The notes: a model not told the origin generated them from the letters alone. A DNA stretch of 64,000 nucleotides from Candidatus Methylomirabilota bacterium (GCA_036556545.1 DATBJF010000020.1:24869-88868); one strand, 5' to 3'; positions 29,278 through 40,096 are shown, counted from the stretch's first letter. Program-made: numbers and translations.

Positions 29278-29768
29278 GCGCCTTTCGAGTTTGCGCCGCC
29301 ACCGCGGCCGACGCCGCCGCCATCTGCCGCATCTACAACCAGGGCATCGAGGACCGCGTCGCGACGCTGGAGACGGAGCTGCGCACCCCGGAGGAGCGCG
29401 CCGCGTGGCTCGCCGCGAAGAGCCCACGCCATCCCGTCATCGTCGCTGAAGACAACGGCCACATCATCGGCTGGGGGAGCTTGAATCAGTTCAATGCGCG
29501 CGAGGCGTATCGCCACGTCGTCGACTTCTCCATTTATGTCGAGCGCGCGTACCGCGGCAAGGGCGTCGGCAGGGTGCTGCTGGCGCGCCTCATCGACCTG
29601 GCGCGGGAGCACGGCTTTCACAAGATGGTGCTGTCCGCGTTTCCGGACAACATCGGCGGGATGGCGCTCTACGAGCGCATGGGCTTTCGCACCGTCGGCA
29701 TCTACAAGGAGCAGGGTATGCTCGACGGCCGCTGGGTCGACACGATCATCATGGAGAAGCTGCTGTGA
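29274..29768 (+). CDS. GNAT N-acetyltransferase, phosphinothricin/methionine-sulfoximine acetyltransferase-like
   Basis: GTG 29274 (GTGA overlap). [18 protein letters not shown]...[11 protein letters not shown]...[13 protein letters not shown]. Confidence 0.75.
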   Translation: MSAFRVCAATAADAAAICRIYNQGIEDRVATLETELRTPEERAAWLAAKSPRHPVIVAEDNGHIIGWGSLNQFNAREAYRHVVDFSIYVERAYRGKGVGRVLLARLIDLAREHGFHKMVLSAFPDNIGGMALYERMGFRTVGIYKEQGMLDGRWVDTIIMEKLL

Positions 29769-31023
29769 CGAGCGGCCGCCGGAGCCGGCCCGGCGTGACG
29801 CGGCCGATCACGAGCGACGCGGCGCCCACGAAGGTGGCGAGCGAGCGCAGCGCTTCCGCGAGGCCGGTCAGCGCCGCGGCCTGACCGAGGCGCGCGCCGC
29901 CCGACGGCGGCGCCGCGCCGGCGGCGAACCACGGCTCGAAGTGCACGTGGCGGACCTCCAGCCGGCCCTCCGCCCGATGCGTCTTGGCGTCGACCCGGCC
30001 GATCAGCTCGCCGTCGTGGAGAATGGGCAGCGTGTAGTAGCCGTGCACGCGCTGGTCACCGGGCGTGTAGACCTCGATCCGGTACTGGAAGCCGAACAGG
30101 CGCGCCACGCGCTCCCGATACCAGAGCAGCGAGTCGAAGGGGGCCAGCAGCGTGGTGCCGCGCGACGGCATGGGGTTGCGCGCGGCCCGGGCCAGCGCCG
30201 GCAGATCGCGCGTGAGCGCGAGCCACCGCACGCGCGCCCCGTCGACCGGAATCTCCTTCACCTCGCCGCGCTCGAGCATCGCCTTCAGCGCCACGCGACG
30301 GGCGGCCGACATGAAGCGGGGAAACGTGAGATAGCCGGCGAGGTCGGCGTCGGTGGCGGCGCCGAGCGCGTGCAGCGACCGCTCGATGTGCCAGCGCGTG
30401 AACTCCGCGGCCGTGACCGGCTCCACGCCGACCACGGCCGGCATCGCGCGCTCGAGCAGATCGAAGCGCTTCTGGAAGTGACGTCGCGAGTGCACGGTGA
30501 GCGCGCCCGTCATCCAGAGGTGATGGAGCGCGTGCTGGAACGGCTGCCAGCTCCACCACCCGGCCTTGCCGCCGCGCGCGCGGCGCGCCTCGAAATCGGC
30601 GTTGGCCATCGGTCCGTTGCTCTCGACAGCCACCTTCACCTGGGCGACCACCTTCGGGTTGCGCTGGAGCCACCGCGACCAGCCGGTATGACGCGACCGG
30701 TAATCGAGCATGGCCCGCCGCCACCAGGGCAGCGTGGAGGCCGGCACCAGGCAGGCGGCGTGCGCCCAGTACTCGAAGAGCAGCCGCCGGCGATAGACCA
30801 GCGCGTCCAGGCGGGCGCGGTCGTAGGGGCCGAAGCGGCTCCAGACCGTGAGATAGTGCGCGCGCTCGACCACGTTGATCGAATCCATCTGGACGCCGCC
30901 CACGTCCTCGGCGAAGCGCACCAGCCGCGCCGCCGTGAGCGGCCGGCTCCGCGGCCGGGCAAGGTGCTGGCGCTCGAGGAACAGCGACCGCACCGCGCGC
31001 ACGGACAGCGCCGCTCGTGGCAT
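29749..31023 (-). CDS. YcaQ/AlkZ-family winged-helix DNA glycosylase-like protein (DUF1006)
   Basis: Start MPRAALSV (31023). [16 protein letters not shown] carries a Q-x-D motif like YcaQ. 424 aa. Confidence 0.6.
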   Translation of the reverse strand: MPRAALSVRAVRSLFLERQHLARPRSRPLTAARLVRFAEDVGGVQMDSINVVERAHYLTVWSRFGPYDRARLDALVYRRRLLFEYWAHAACLVPASTLPWWRRAMLDYRSRHTGWSRWLQRNPKVVAQVKVAVESNGPMANADFEARRARGGKAGWWSWQPFQHALHHLWMTGALTVHSRRHFQKRFDLLERAMPAVVGVEPVTAAEFTRWHIERSLHALGAATDADLAGYLTFPRFMSAARRVALKAMLERGEVKEIPVDGARVRWLALTRDLPALARAARNPMPSRGTTLLAPFDSLLWYRERVARLFGFQYRIEVYTPGDQRVHGYYTLPILHDGELIGRVDAKTHRAEGRLEVRHVHFEPWFAAGAAPPSGGARLGQAAALTGLAEALRSLATFVGAASLVIGRVTPGRLRRPLVTAASP

Positions 31024-31092
31024 CCGGCAGAGACTACCACCCGGGTTGCCGACCCGCCGCCCTTCGGCTACGGTGTCGCCCGGAGACACGCG

Positions 31093-31458
31093 ATGACGCC
31101 GACGCCGATCAACCTGGCCGAGAAGTTCGCCAAGTTCTCCGAGCACTGGTCGCCGAAGATCGTGGCGCGCATGAACGAGTACGAGTTCAAGCTGGTCAAG
31201 CTCCAGGGCGAGTTCGTCTGGCACCGCCATGCCGACACCGACGAGGTCTTCATCGTGGTCGACGGCGAGATGACCATCCACTTCCGCGACGGCGACGTCC
31301 GCCTGCACGCCGGCGAGATGCTCGTGGTTCCGAAGGGCGTGGAGCACAAGCCGTCGGCGGCGGCGGAGTGCTGCGTGATGCTGGTGGAGAAGGCGGGAAC
31401 CGTGAACACCGGCGACGTGATCAGCACGCGCACGGCGCCCGTCGACGCGACCGTCTGA
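31093..31458 (+). CDS. Cupin-domain protein (121 aa)
   Basis: [18 protein letters not shown]...[10 protein letters not shown] cupin motifs. Confidence 0.65.
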   Translation: MTPTPINLAEKFAKFSEHWSPKIVARMNEYEFKLVKLQGEFVWHRHADTDEVFIVVDGEMTIHFRDGDVRLHAGEMLVVPKGVEHKPSAAAECCVMLVEKAGTVNTGDVISTRTAPVDATV

Positions 31459-31490
31459 CGCGGCGCGCGCCTGCCAAGGAGACCCGGGCC

Positions 31491-32456
31491 ATGAAGATCC
31501 TGTACACGCCGATCTCGACGCTGGTGGCGGCGCTGTCCCCGGAGCAGCACGCGGAGATCCTGGCCGCCGCCGGCAAGGACGCCGTCCTCGTGGAGGCGAA
31601 GACCGCGGAGCGACAGCGCGAGGAGATCGTGGACGCCGACGTGCTGTTCGGCCGCGTGACGCCCGAGATCTTCACCCACGCGCGGCGGCTGCGCTACTAC
31701 CATTGCCTCGGGGCCGGCGTCGACGCGGTGCTGAGCCCGGAGCTGGTCGAGAGCGACGTGATCGTCGCCAGCGAGAAGGGCGAGGTCGGCATCCATCTCG
31801 CGGAGCACGCCTTCGCCTTGCTGCTCGCCCTCACGCGCGGCCTCCACACGGCCCTGCGCGAGCCGGACTTCCGCCTGCGCGAGCCGATCCGCAAGGAGCA
31901 GCGCGAGCTATGGCAGCAGACGCTCGGCGTCGTCGGCTTCGGCGGCACCGGCCGCGCGGTGGCGCAACGCGCGCTCGGCTTCGGCATGCGCGTGGTGGCC
32001 GTGGACATCGAGGACGTGCCCCCGGAGCCCGGCGTGGAGGCGATCTGGAAGCCCGACCGCCTCGACGATCTGCTCGGCATGTCGGACGTGGTCGTGATCG
32101 CGCTGCCCCTGACCAAGGCGACGCGCCATCTCTTCACGCGCGACCTCTTCCGCCGCATGCAGCGTCACGCCATCCTGATCAACGTCACCCGCGGCGAGAT
32201 CGTCTACGGCGATGACTTGCTGAAAGCACTCGAGGAAGGGCTGATCTGGGGCGCCGGCCTCGACGTCACCGATCCGGAGCCGCTGCCCGTCGGCCATCCG
32301 CTCTGGCGGCATCCGCGGGTGGTGGTCACGCCGCACACCGCCGGCGGCTCACCGCGGCGCGCCGGGCGCGCGATCGCCACGTTCTGTGAGAACCTGCGAC
32401 GTCTCGCCGACGGCCGCCCGCTGCTGGCGCTCATCGACAAGCGCAAGGGCTACTGA
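31491..32456 (+). CDS. D-isomer-specific 2-hydroxyacid dehydrogenase
   Basis: AGGAGA RBS upstream of ATG 31491. GVVGFGGTGRAVA, INVTRGEIV, VVVTPHTAG. Confidence 0.8.
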   Translation: MKILYTPISTLVAALSPEQHAEILAAAGKDAVLVEAKTAERQREEIVDADVLFGRVTPEIFTHARRLRYYHCLGAGVDAVLSPELVESDVIVASEKGEVGIHLAEHAFALLLALTRGLHTALREPDFRLREPIRKEQRELWQQTLGVVGFGGTGRAVAQRALGFGMRVVAVDIEDVPPEPGVEAIWKPDRLDDLLGMSDVVVIALPLTKATRHLFTRDLFRRMQRHAILINVTRGEIVYGDDLLKALEEGLIWGAGLDVTDPEPLPVGHPLWRHPRVVVTPHTAGGSPRRAGRAIATFCENLRRLADGRPLLALIDKRKGY

Positions 32457-32462
32457 AAGCGG

Positions 32463-33728
32463 TTACTGCACCTTGATGGTGACGACGGCGGACATGCCGG
32501 CGCGCAGCGGCTGAGGATTGCCGGCGTCGCGCGTGTCGAGGACGATCTTCACCGGCACGCGCTGGACGACCTTGACCCAGTTGCCGGTGGCGTTCTCCGG
32601 CGGCAGCAACGAGAAGCGGGAGCCGGTGCCGGCGCTGATCGACTCCACCACACCGCTGAACGACTTGCCCGGGAATCCGTCCACCTCCACGTGGGCCTTC
32701 ATGCCGGGACGTACGCGGGCCAGCTGCGTCTCCTTGAAGTTCGCCAGCACCCACACCTCGTGCAGCGGCACGATGGCGAGCAGCGGCTGGCCGATCTGCA
32801 CCACCTGCCCGATCTCGACCGCGCGCTTGGAGACGACGCCGTCGGCCGGCGCCCGGACCTCCGTGTAGGCGAGCTGCAGCTCGGCGAGGGCGAAGTCTGC
32901 CTCCGCCTGCTTGAGGGCGGCTTCCGCCCGCGTGATCTCCGCCTCCTTCACGGGCACCTGGTGGAGCTGGCTCTCGGCGCGCGAGAGCGTGCCGCGCCCC
33001 TCGGCCACCTTCTGGCGGGCCACCTCGATGGCGTGGCCGCGGGAGGCGACTTCGGCCTGCACCTGCTGCTCCTCGCGCTCGGCCTCCGTCAGTCGCCGCC
33101 GGGCCGCCTCCAGCATGGCGGTGGCGTTGTCGAAGGCGGCCTGGGCGTCGTCGTGCTCGCGGCGGGACACGTAGTCGTCTTTCATCAGGCGGCGCATCCG
33201 CTCGATCTCGAGCGACGTCTTTCGCAGCGCCGATTCGGCGGCGGCGACCTCGGCTTTCCGGGCGCCCACGGCGGCCCGGCGGGCCTCGAGTCGCGCCCGC
33301 GACTCCTCGGCCGCCGACTCGGTGGTGCGGACCACGCTCTGGAGCGCCTCCAGCGACGCCCGCGTCTCGGCCACCTGGGCGCGCGTGTTGTCGCGGGCGA
33401 GCGGCAGCTCGGAGCGCGCCGCCCGGATATTGGCCTGCGCCACCGCCACGGCCGCGCGCGCCTGCTCGAGCCGGGCCTGGTAGTCGCGCGGATCCACGCG
33501 CAGCAGGAGGTCGCCCTTCTTCACCGATTGGTTGTCGCGGACTTGCAAGTCGACGATGTGGCCACCGACCTTGGCGCTGACCGGCGTGATGCTGCCCTCC
33601 ACGTAGGCGTCGTCGGTGGACACGCGCGTGAACGACGCCCACCAGGCCGAGCCACCCCAGCCGATGGCGCCCAGCGCCGCCAGCGCCGCCACGACGACGA
33701 CCAGCCGGCGACCGCCGAGGCCGCTCAT
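32463..33728 (-). CDS. HlyD-family membrane-fusion (periplasmic adaptor) protein, EmrA-like
   Basis: N-terminal TM, STDDAYVEG, long coiled-coil region, C-terminal beta-barrel motifs. AGGAGG 7 nt upstream of the ATG. Confidence 0.8.
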   Translation of the reverse strand: MSGLGGRRLVVVVAALAALGAIGWGGSAWWASFTRVSTDDAYVEGSITPVSAKVGGHIVDLQVRDNQSVKKGDLLLRVDPRDYQARLEQARAAVAVAQANIRAARSELPLARDNTRAQVAETRASLEALQSVVRTTESAAEESRARLEARRAAVGARKAEVAAAESALRKTSLEIERMRRLMKDDYVSRREHDDAQAAFDNATAMLEAARRRLTEAEREEQQVQAEVASRGHAIEVARQKVAEGRGTLSRAESQLHQVPVKEAEITRAEAALKQAEADFALAELQLAYTEVRAPADGVVSKRAVEIGQVVQIGQPLLAIVPLHEVWVLANFKETQLARVRPGMKAHVEVDGFPGKSFSGVVESISAGTGSRFSLLPPENATGNWVKVVQRVPVKIVLDTRDAGNPQPLRAGMSAVVTIKVQ

Positions 33729-33746
33729 GAGGCCCCTCCTGCGTCG

Positions 33747-33839
33747 TTACGCATACAGCCGCAGCACGCCATACAGGATGGTACCAACGATGAGGGCGGC
33801 CGCGATGAGGGTCAATGCGGCCAGCTGCAGGCGGCTCAC
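33747..33839 (-). CDS. Possible 30-aa hydrophobic membrane peptide
   Basis: The GTG at 33839 overlaps the TRAP permease stop (GTGA). Translation is VSRLQLAALTLIAAALIVGTILYGVLRLYA, one TM helix. Not in the ORF track because it is too short. Confidence 0.35.
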   Translation of the reverse strand: MSRLQLAALTLIAAALIVGTILYGVLRLYA

Positions 33840-35893
33840 GAGGCCGTCCGCACCGGTACCACCGCGTCCGAACGACGGATCTTCTGCATCACGAGAGCGG
33901 CAGCCAGCAGCCCGAGCCCGACCAGGTCGGTCACGACGCCGGGATCGATGAGCAGAAACGCCGCGGTGAGCATGAGTCCCCGCTCAAGCCACGTCGACGT
34001 CCGCAGCCAGTAACCCTCCAGCCCGGCCGCCAAGGCGATCACGCCGATGCCACCACTCACCAGGGCCACCGCGATTTCCGTCCATGTCCCCTGAAACAGC
34101 AGCGCCGGGTAGTACACGAAGAAATACGGCACCACGAACCCGGCCGAGGCAAACTTCACGGCCTGCCAGCCCGCCTTCCAGACGTTGCACCTGGCAATCG
34201 AGGCCGCCGCGTAGACGGCCAGGCACTCCGGCGGCGTCACCGCGGACAGGCAGCCGAAATAGAACGCGAACATGTGGGCGGCGATCGGCGGCACGCCCAG
34301 CTTGATGAGGGCCGGGATCAGCAGCGCGGCGAGCATGATGTACGCGGGCGTGGTCGGCAGCGCGGTGCCGAGGATCACCGCCGCGATCATCGTGATGACC
34401 AGCGCGATGAAGAGCTGGCCGCCGGCGAACTCCACGAGGAACGACGTGAATCGGATGGCCAGGCCGGTCTGCAAGATGATCCCGATCATGATGCCGGCCG
34501 TGGCCGTGGCCATGGCGACCGGCACCGTCTGCACGGCGCCGTCGCGAAGCGCGGCCGGCCCATCCTTGATGGCAAGCTGCCGCATGCGGGGCAGACCTTC
34601 CGGCCGCGTCGCGGCCAGCAGGGCTCCGGCGAGCGCCAGCGCCGTCCATGCCCACCAGGCGCTCACGTCGGCCATCCACATCGCGATGCCGAGCACCATC
34701 CCGAGCCACACCCGGCGGCCGAGCAGCCAGGCGTACATGACCACGACCGTGGCGATCAGCGCGGCATAGGTGGCCGTGTAGCCGTCGAGGAGCAGCGCGA
34801 AGATCGCCACCACCGGCGCCAGGAGATGGCCCGATTGAAACAGCACGGCGCCCAGCCTGGGCAGCTCGTGCTTCGGCAGTCCGCGAAGCCCGGCGCGGCT
34901 CGCATTGAAGTGAATGGCAGCGAACAGAGCGCCGTAGTAGAAGATCGCGGGAATCGCGGCGGCGAGCATCACCTGCGAGTACGGCACGCCGAGGAACTCC
35001 GCCATGACGAACGAGGCGGCGCCCATGACGGGCGGCATGATCTGGCCGCCCGTGGAGGCCGTCGCCTCGATGGCCGCGGCCGCCTCGGGCTTGAAGCCCG
35101 TCCGTTTCATCATCGGGATCGTGAGCCAGCCGTCCACCATGACGTTGGCGACGGCGGAGCCGGAGATCGTTCCGAACATGCTCGACGACACGACGGCCAC
35201 CTTGCCCGGTCCGCCGCGCTGAGCGCCCGCCACGGCGTTGGCGAGGTGCATGAAGAACTGACCGGCGCCGGACTTCTCGAGGAACGCGCCGAAGATGATG
35301 AAGAGGATGACGTAGGACGCGGCCACGCCGAGCGGGATCCCGAAGAGTCCCTCCGACGTGAAGAACGTCTGGTCCATCATGATCTCGTACGTCAGTCCCT
35401 TGTGCCGCAGCGGCCCGGGCAGCCAGGGGCCCAGCAGGGCGTACGCCATGAATCCCAGCGCGAGGATCGGCAGCGCGGCGCCGAGCGTCCGTCGGGTCGC
35501 CTCGAGCACGAGCGCCACCATCACGGTAGCCACCACGAGGTCCATCGGGCTCAGCGGGTGCGCCGTCGGGAACCGCTCGGTGACGTACCCGTAGTAGATG
35601 AACAGGTATGCGCACCCGGCAATCGACACGGCGGCCAGCCCGAGATCGATCCACGGAATCGACGAGGGCGCGGCCGTCCCGGCGTCGATCCGGGTCGACT
35701 CCTCGTCGAGCGGCGTGGTGGAGCGGAACGGAAACAGCAGGAACGCGAGCGTCAGGCAGAACGCGAGGACGATGATGCGCAGGACCAGCGTGTCGGGCGC
35801 GGCCGGGGTGAGCCGCGCGTACACGTGGTACAGCGACATGACGATCGCCACCACGCCGATGACGATCGCCGCGTAGCCGGTCAGCTTGCGCAC
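33836..35893 (-). CDS. TRAP transporter fused 4TM/12TM permease (TAXI type)
   Basis: 685 aa polytopic protein directly downstream of a TAXI solute receptor. Confidence 0.8.
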   Translation of the reverse strand: MRKLTGYAAIVIGVVAIVMSLYHVYARLTPAAPDTLVLRIIVLAFCLTLAFLLFPFRSTTPLDEESTRIDAGTAAPSSIPWIDLGLAAVSIAGCAYLFIYYGYVTERFPTAHPLSPMDLVVATVMVALVLEATRRTLGAALPILALGFMAYALLGPWLPGPLRHKGLTYEIMMDQTFFTSEGLFGIPLGVAASYVILFIIFGAFLEKSGAGQFFMHLANAVAGAQRGGPGKVAVVSSSMFGTISGSAVANVMVDGWLTIPMMKRTGFKPEAAAAIEATASTGGQIMPPVMGAASFVMAEFLGVPYSQVMLAAAIPAIFYYGALFAAIHFNASRAGLRGLPKHELPRLGAVLFQSGHLLAPVVAIFALLLDGYTATYAALIATVVVMYAWLLGRRVWLGMVLGIAMWMADVSAWWAWTALALAGALLAATRPEGLPRMRQLAIKDGPAALRDGAVQTVPVAMATATAGIMIGIILQTGLAIRFTSFLVEFAGGQLFIALVITMIAAVILGTALPTTPAYIMLAALLIPALIKLGVPPIAAHMFAFYFGCLSAVTPPECLAVYAAASIARCNVWKAGWQAVKFASAGFVVPYFFVYYPALLFQGTWTEIAVALVSGGIGVIALAAGLEGYWLRTSTWLERGLMLTAAFLLIDPGVVTDLVGLGLLAAALVMQKIRRSDAVVPVRTAS

Positions 35894-35903
35894 CGGACGC
35901 CCG

Positions 35904-36875
35904 CTACTTCAGGAGGCCGGCTTCGCGATAGTACTTCTCGGCACCCGGATGGATGGGCTGGCCGAATGCCTGGGCCATGTCCTTGGCCGTCACGCCCTTC
36001 ATGGCGGCCGTCACGCGGCCGAAGTCCTCGCGGCCTTCGACCACCGCCTTGGTGAGCTTGTACACCACGTCGACCGGGGTCTTGGCGTGGGCGATGAGGA
36101 TCGTCGGCGACTGGAACGTCTGGACATCCTCGTCGATGCCGTACTGCGCGTAGGTCGCCTTCGGGATGACGTGCTTCACGAAGCCGGCGTTGACGGCCTT
36201 CAGCTTGTCGAGCTCGGCGTCGGAGACCGGGATCATCCGCAGCTTGAGCGACGTCCCCAGGTCGAGCATGTAGGACGCGGGTACGACCGTGAACCAGCCC
36301 ATCGAGACGGCCTGGCGGTTGCGGATCGCCTCGGCGTTCTCGGTGATCGAGCCATAGCTCTTGGTGCCGAGGTCGTCCAGCTTCATGCCGTTGACCTTCA
36401 GCAGCAGTTCCCAGCCCTCGGCCAGCGACGTGTTGCCGCGAGGCGGCAGCGCGATGGCCTTGCCCTTGAGATCGCTCAGCTTGCGGATGTCCGAGCTCTG
36501 CGGGACCACCAGCTGCCAGACGTTCGGGTAGTAGTTGGCGACGAAGAGCGCCTTGTCCGTCTGCTTGCCCTTCCACGTGTTGGCGCCGGCCCGGGCGTCG
36601 GCCAGCACGGTCGTCATCGACCAGCCGAGATCGGCCTTGTCGTTGCGCATCTTCTCCATGTTGACGAGGGCGGCGCCCGGCTCGACGAGCACGTCGAGCT
36701 CGGGATACTTCTTCTTGATCACCTCGGCGGTGGCGGCCGCCATCGGAGTCCAGGTGCCGCCGGTGGGCCCCGCCGAGAAGACGAGGCTCACCTTTTGCTG
36801 CGCGGGCGCCGCCGTCAGCATGCCGAGGACGAGGCCCACGAGCAGCGCCACTGCCGTCACGGTCTTCACTCGCAT
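35904..36875 (-). CDS. TAXI-family TRAP transporter solute-binding subunit
   Basis: Start MRVKTVTAVALL with a signal peptide and GGAGA RBS. SAGPTGGTW motif. Confidence 0.8.
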   Translation of the reverse strand: MRVKTVTAVALLVGLVLGMLTAAPAQQKVSLVFSAGPTGGTWTPMAAATAEVIKKKYPELDVLVEPGAALVNMEKMRNDKADLGWSMTTVLADARAGANTWKGKQTDKALFVANYYPNVWQLVVPQSSDIRKLSDLKGKAIALPPRGNTSLAEGWELLLKVNGMKLDDLGTKSYGSITENAEAIRNRQAVSMGWFTVVPASYMLDLGTSLKLRMIPVSDAELDKLKAVNAGFVKHVIPKATYAQYGIDEDVQTFQSPTILIAHAKTPVDVVYKLTKAVVEGREDFGRVTAAMKGVTAKDMAQAFGQPIHPGAEKYYREAGLLK

Positions 36876-36892
36876 TGCGATTGGTCTCCTGT

Positions 36893-38137
36893 TCAGGGGG
36901 ACACGAGCCGGCCCGCCGCGTCGAACGGCAGAGGAGCGGCGTCCCCGATCGGTGTGAGGTCCGGGCGCCTGGCGATCTCCGCCGCGTACGCCTCCGAGAC
37001 CTCGATTTCGCCCAGCATGAGCGTGTTCGTGATGCGGATCACGCGCGCCTTGTCCGGCGGCGTCAGCCCGATGCACGACAGCGCCGTCTCCACCGCCTCG
37101 CGGTCGGTGTCGTAGGTGGCCGGAACCTTGGCCCCGCCCGGCGCGCAGGCGGTGATCGCGTTGATGAGCGTCGGCTTCATGTCGATCTTCTCGACGAGCC
37201 GGCGCGTGGTGAAGTCGGCGTTGCCGATGCCGACGGCATTGCCGTAGCTCTCCTCGGTGAGGTCGAGGGTCACGATCCAGAGGATCTTGGGATCGTTCGG
37301 AAACGGCTCGTGGGGATTGGAAGGCCGGCCGATCACGTTGGTGTCCATGCCGGAGCCCGAGATGTTCTTGCCCATCTCCTCGACGATCAGCACGTCGATC
37401 GGCGAGAACGGCAGCCGCGCCATCCACTCCCGCGCGCTCTTCAGCAGCCGGCGCTCGCCGCCTTCGAGGGCCTCCGGCGCGAACGCCTCGACCACCGCCG
37501 TCTCGTCGTAGCCGTTCTCCACGATGCCGACGCCGAAGCCGATGCGCGCTTTGGCGAGCATCTCGCGGCCCACGGCCGTGATGACCGTCTCGTAGCCGTG
37601 ATGGATGTTGGCGCGGTGATACTGGATCGCCCCTTTGTGCTTGCCGAGCCCGATCGTCATCATCTTGAACAGGCCGGACTCGATCGAGCCCTTGAAGTCG
37701 GTGTGCGGCTTCACCCGGTTGACGATGCCGATCCAGTCGGCCTCCGACGCCAGCTTGTCCAGCCAGACCGGCAGCCCGAGCGCCTCACCCACCTGGACCA
37801 CCTCCATGGTGGCCCGGACAGGGCAGCCCATGGTGGCCTCGGTGATGCCGTAGTGCTCGAGCACGGAGAGCTGCCCCTCCGCGGTCCCGCCGCCGTGGCT
37901 GCCCATCGCGGGAAAAACGAACGGCTGGGCGCCCAGTTCCTTGAGCCAGCGGACGGTCGCGCCGACCACGACGTCGATGTTGGCGATACCACGGCTGCCG
38001 GCGCCGACGGCGACGGTGTCGCCGGCTTTGACACGCAGAGCGGCCGCCCCGAGGGTCTCGGTCACCGACTTCGGAATGTCGGCCACGCGGGGACGCGGGA
38101 ACGTCTGCCGAACACGGATCATCCTTGGTAAAGCCAT
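36893..38137 (-). CDS. LarA-like / DUF2088 (lactate-racemase N-terminal domain) family protein
   Basis: Start MALPRMIRVRQTF (38137). GAGSRGIANI...PAMGSHGGGTAEGQ region recalled from this family. Assignment is tentative. Confidence 0.5.
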   Translation of the reverse strand: MALPRMIRVRQTFPRPRVADIPKSVTETLGAAALRVKAGDTVAVGAGSRGIANIDVVVGATVRWLKELGAQPFVFPAMGSHGGGTAEGQLSVLEHYGITEATMGCPVRATMEVVQVGEALGLPVWLDKLASEADWIGIVNRVKPHTDFKGSIESGLFKMMTIGLGKHKGAIQYHRANIHHGYETVITAVGREMLAKARIGFGVGIVENGYDETAVVEAFAPEALEGGERRLLKSAREWMARLPFSPIDVLIVEEMGKNISGSGMDTNVIGRPSNPHEPFPNDPKILWIVTLDLTEESYGNAVGIGNADFTTRRLVEKIDMKPTLINAITACAPGGAKVPATYDTDREAVETALSCIGLTPPDKARVIRITNTLMLGEIEVSEAYAAEIARRPDLTPIGDAAPLPFDAAGRLVSP

Positions 38138-38293
38138 GGCAGGACCTCTCAGGCTCTCACGGGGAGCGACGGTCGTAGCCAGACCACCGGGGACGGGAGT
38201 GCCCCCGGCGCCAAACCCGGAATGGTAATACCGGGCCAGCCTGGCGAAGTCAAAGGATTTTTGGGCGCGGAAATGTGCTATATGCTCTGGGCG

Positions 38294-39034
38294 ATGTTCC
38301 GCACCCTCGCGCTCACTCTCCTCCTCCTCGCCGGCGGCTGCGCATGGATGCGCCCGGCGCCGACACCGATCCTGCCGCCCGAGGAGCTCTACAGCCTCGG
38401 CGAGCAGGAGCTGGAGAAGAAGCGCTATCCGGAAGCGCGCGAGCACTTCCGCAAGGTGGCCGAGCGACATCCGAACTCCTCGTATGCGCCGCGCGCGCGG
38501 TTCCTCATCGGCGAGGCCTTCTATCGCGATGCCGAGTTCGCCAAGGCGGCGAAGGAGTTCGAGGCGTTCATGGCGTTCTACCCGCGCCACGAGATCGCCG
38601 ACCTCGTGCAGTACCGCTACGCGATGACGTACTACGATCAGATCAAGCCGATCGAGCAGGACCAGGGCCTCGCGGCCAAGGCCATGGAGCAGTTCAAGCG
38701 GCTGGTGAAGGACTATCCCGAGAGCCGCTACGCAACCGACGCGCTGGCGAAGATCGAGGTCTGCCGCGGCCGGCTCGCGCAGAAGGAAGTGTGGGTCGCC
38801 GCGTGGTACATCGGCCAGGGCAACCCGAGCGGCGCGCGGCCACGGCTGGAGAAGGTCATCAAGGAATACCCGCGCTCGCCCGTGATCCCCGAGGCGCTCT
38901 CGCTGCTCGCCGACGTGAACTTCAGCGAGGGCCGCAACAGCGACGCTTTCGCCTTGCTGCGCCAGGTCGCCAACGAGTACGGCTACACCGAGTGGGGCAA
39001 ACGCGCGGCGCAGCGCTTGCGCGCGCAGAGGTGA
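38294..39034 (+). CDS. bamD: Outer-membrane protein assembly factor BamD
   Basis: Lipobox LLLAGGC. TPR-like repeats (YPEAREHFRKVAERHPNSSYAPRARFLIGEAFY). Confidence 0.75.
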   Translation: MFRTLALTLLLLAGGCAWMRPAPTPILPPEELYSLGEQELEKKRYPEAREHFRKVAERHPNSSYAPRARFLIGEAFYRDAEFAKAAKEFEAFMAFYPRHEIADLVQYRYAMTYYDQIKPIEQDQGLAAKAMEQFKRLVKDYPESRYATDALAKIEVCRGRLAQKEVWVAAWYIGQGNPSGARPRLEKVIKEYPRSPVIPEALSLLADVNFSEGRNSDAFALLRQVANEYGYTEWGKRAAQRLRAQR

Positions 39035-39038
39035 TCGC

Positions 39039-40079
39039 GTGCACGACATCGTCGATCTTCGCTCCGATACGCTGACGCTGCCCACGCCGGAGATGCGCGA
39101 GGCCATGGCCCGTGCCGACGTCGGCGACGACGTCTGGGGCGAGGACCCGACCATCCAGCGCCTGGAGAGCATGGCTGCCGAGCGGCTCGGCAAGGAAGCC
39201 GGCCTCTTCGTGACCTCCGGCACGCAGGGCAACCTCGTCTCCGTCGTCGCGCACACCCGCTCCGGCCAGGAGGTCGTGCTCGACCTCGACTCGCACATCT
39301 ACAACTACGAGGTGGCCGGCGCCGCCATGATCGGCCATCTGCAGATGCGGCCGGCCAAGACGGCGCGCGGGTTCTTGACGCCCGAGCAGGTGCGGGAGGC
39401 GATCCGTCCCGCCAACATCCACCTGCCGCAGACGGGCCTCGTGTGCGTGGAGAACACGCACAACCGACACGGCGGCACCTGCTGCACGCCGGAGGAGATC
39501 GCGGCCGTCGCCGAGGCCGCCCATGCGGCGGGCGTACCGGTGCACCTGGACGGCGCGCGGCTCTTCAACGCCGCCGTGGCGCTGAAGCGGCCCGCCGCCG
39601 ACTTCGCCCGGCCGGTCGACTCCGTGACCTTCTGCCTGTCCAAGGGGCTCGGCGCCCCCGTGGGGTCGGTGATCTGCGGCTCGGCTGACTTCGTCGGCCG
39701 CGCCCGGCGGGTCCGCAAGATGCTCGGCGGCGGCATGCGGCAAGCGGGTATCATCGCGGCGGCCGGCGTCGTGGCCCTCGAGCGGATGGTCGAGCGGCTG
39801 GCCGAGGATCACGCCAACGCCCGCCGGCTCGCGGAAGGCGTGGCGAAGCTTCCCGGGATCGCGGTGGATCTCTCGAGCGTGCAGACCAACATCGTCATCC
39901 TGCGCGTCGATCGCGGCCCGGCCGCCACCGACGAGCTGGTCCGGGGCTGCGCGGCCCGGAAGGTGAAGGTGCACGCGATGGGTCCCGCCGCCATCCGGTG
40001 CGTCACACACAAGGATGTGGACGGAGACGACATCGCGCGGGCGCTCGAGGCGTTCCGCGAGCTGACCAGTCGCTGGTAG
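39039..40079 (+). CDS. ltaE: Low-specificity L-threonine aldolase
   Basis: [19 protein letters not shown]...[10 protein letters not shown] and [13 protein letters not shown] (PLP lysine). Confidence 0.8.
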   Translation: MHDIVDLRSDTLTLPTPEMREAMARADVGDDVWGEDPTIQRLESMAAERLGKEAGLFVTSGTQGNLVSVVAHTRSGQEVVLDLDSHIYNYEVAGAAMIGHLQMRPAKTARGFLTPEQVREAIRPANIHLPQTGLVCVENTHNRHGGTCCTPEEIAAVAEAAHAAGVPVHLDGARLFNAAVALKRPAADFARPVDSVTFCLSKGLGAPVGSVICGSADFVGRARRVRKMLGGGMRQAGIIAAAGVVALERMVERLAEDHANARRLAEGVAKLPGIAVDLSSVQTNIVILRVDRGPAATDELVRGCAARKVKVHAMGPAAIRCVTHKDVDGDDIARALEAFRELTSRW

Positions 40080-40096
40080 CCCGAACGGGAGGCTCC

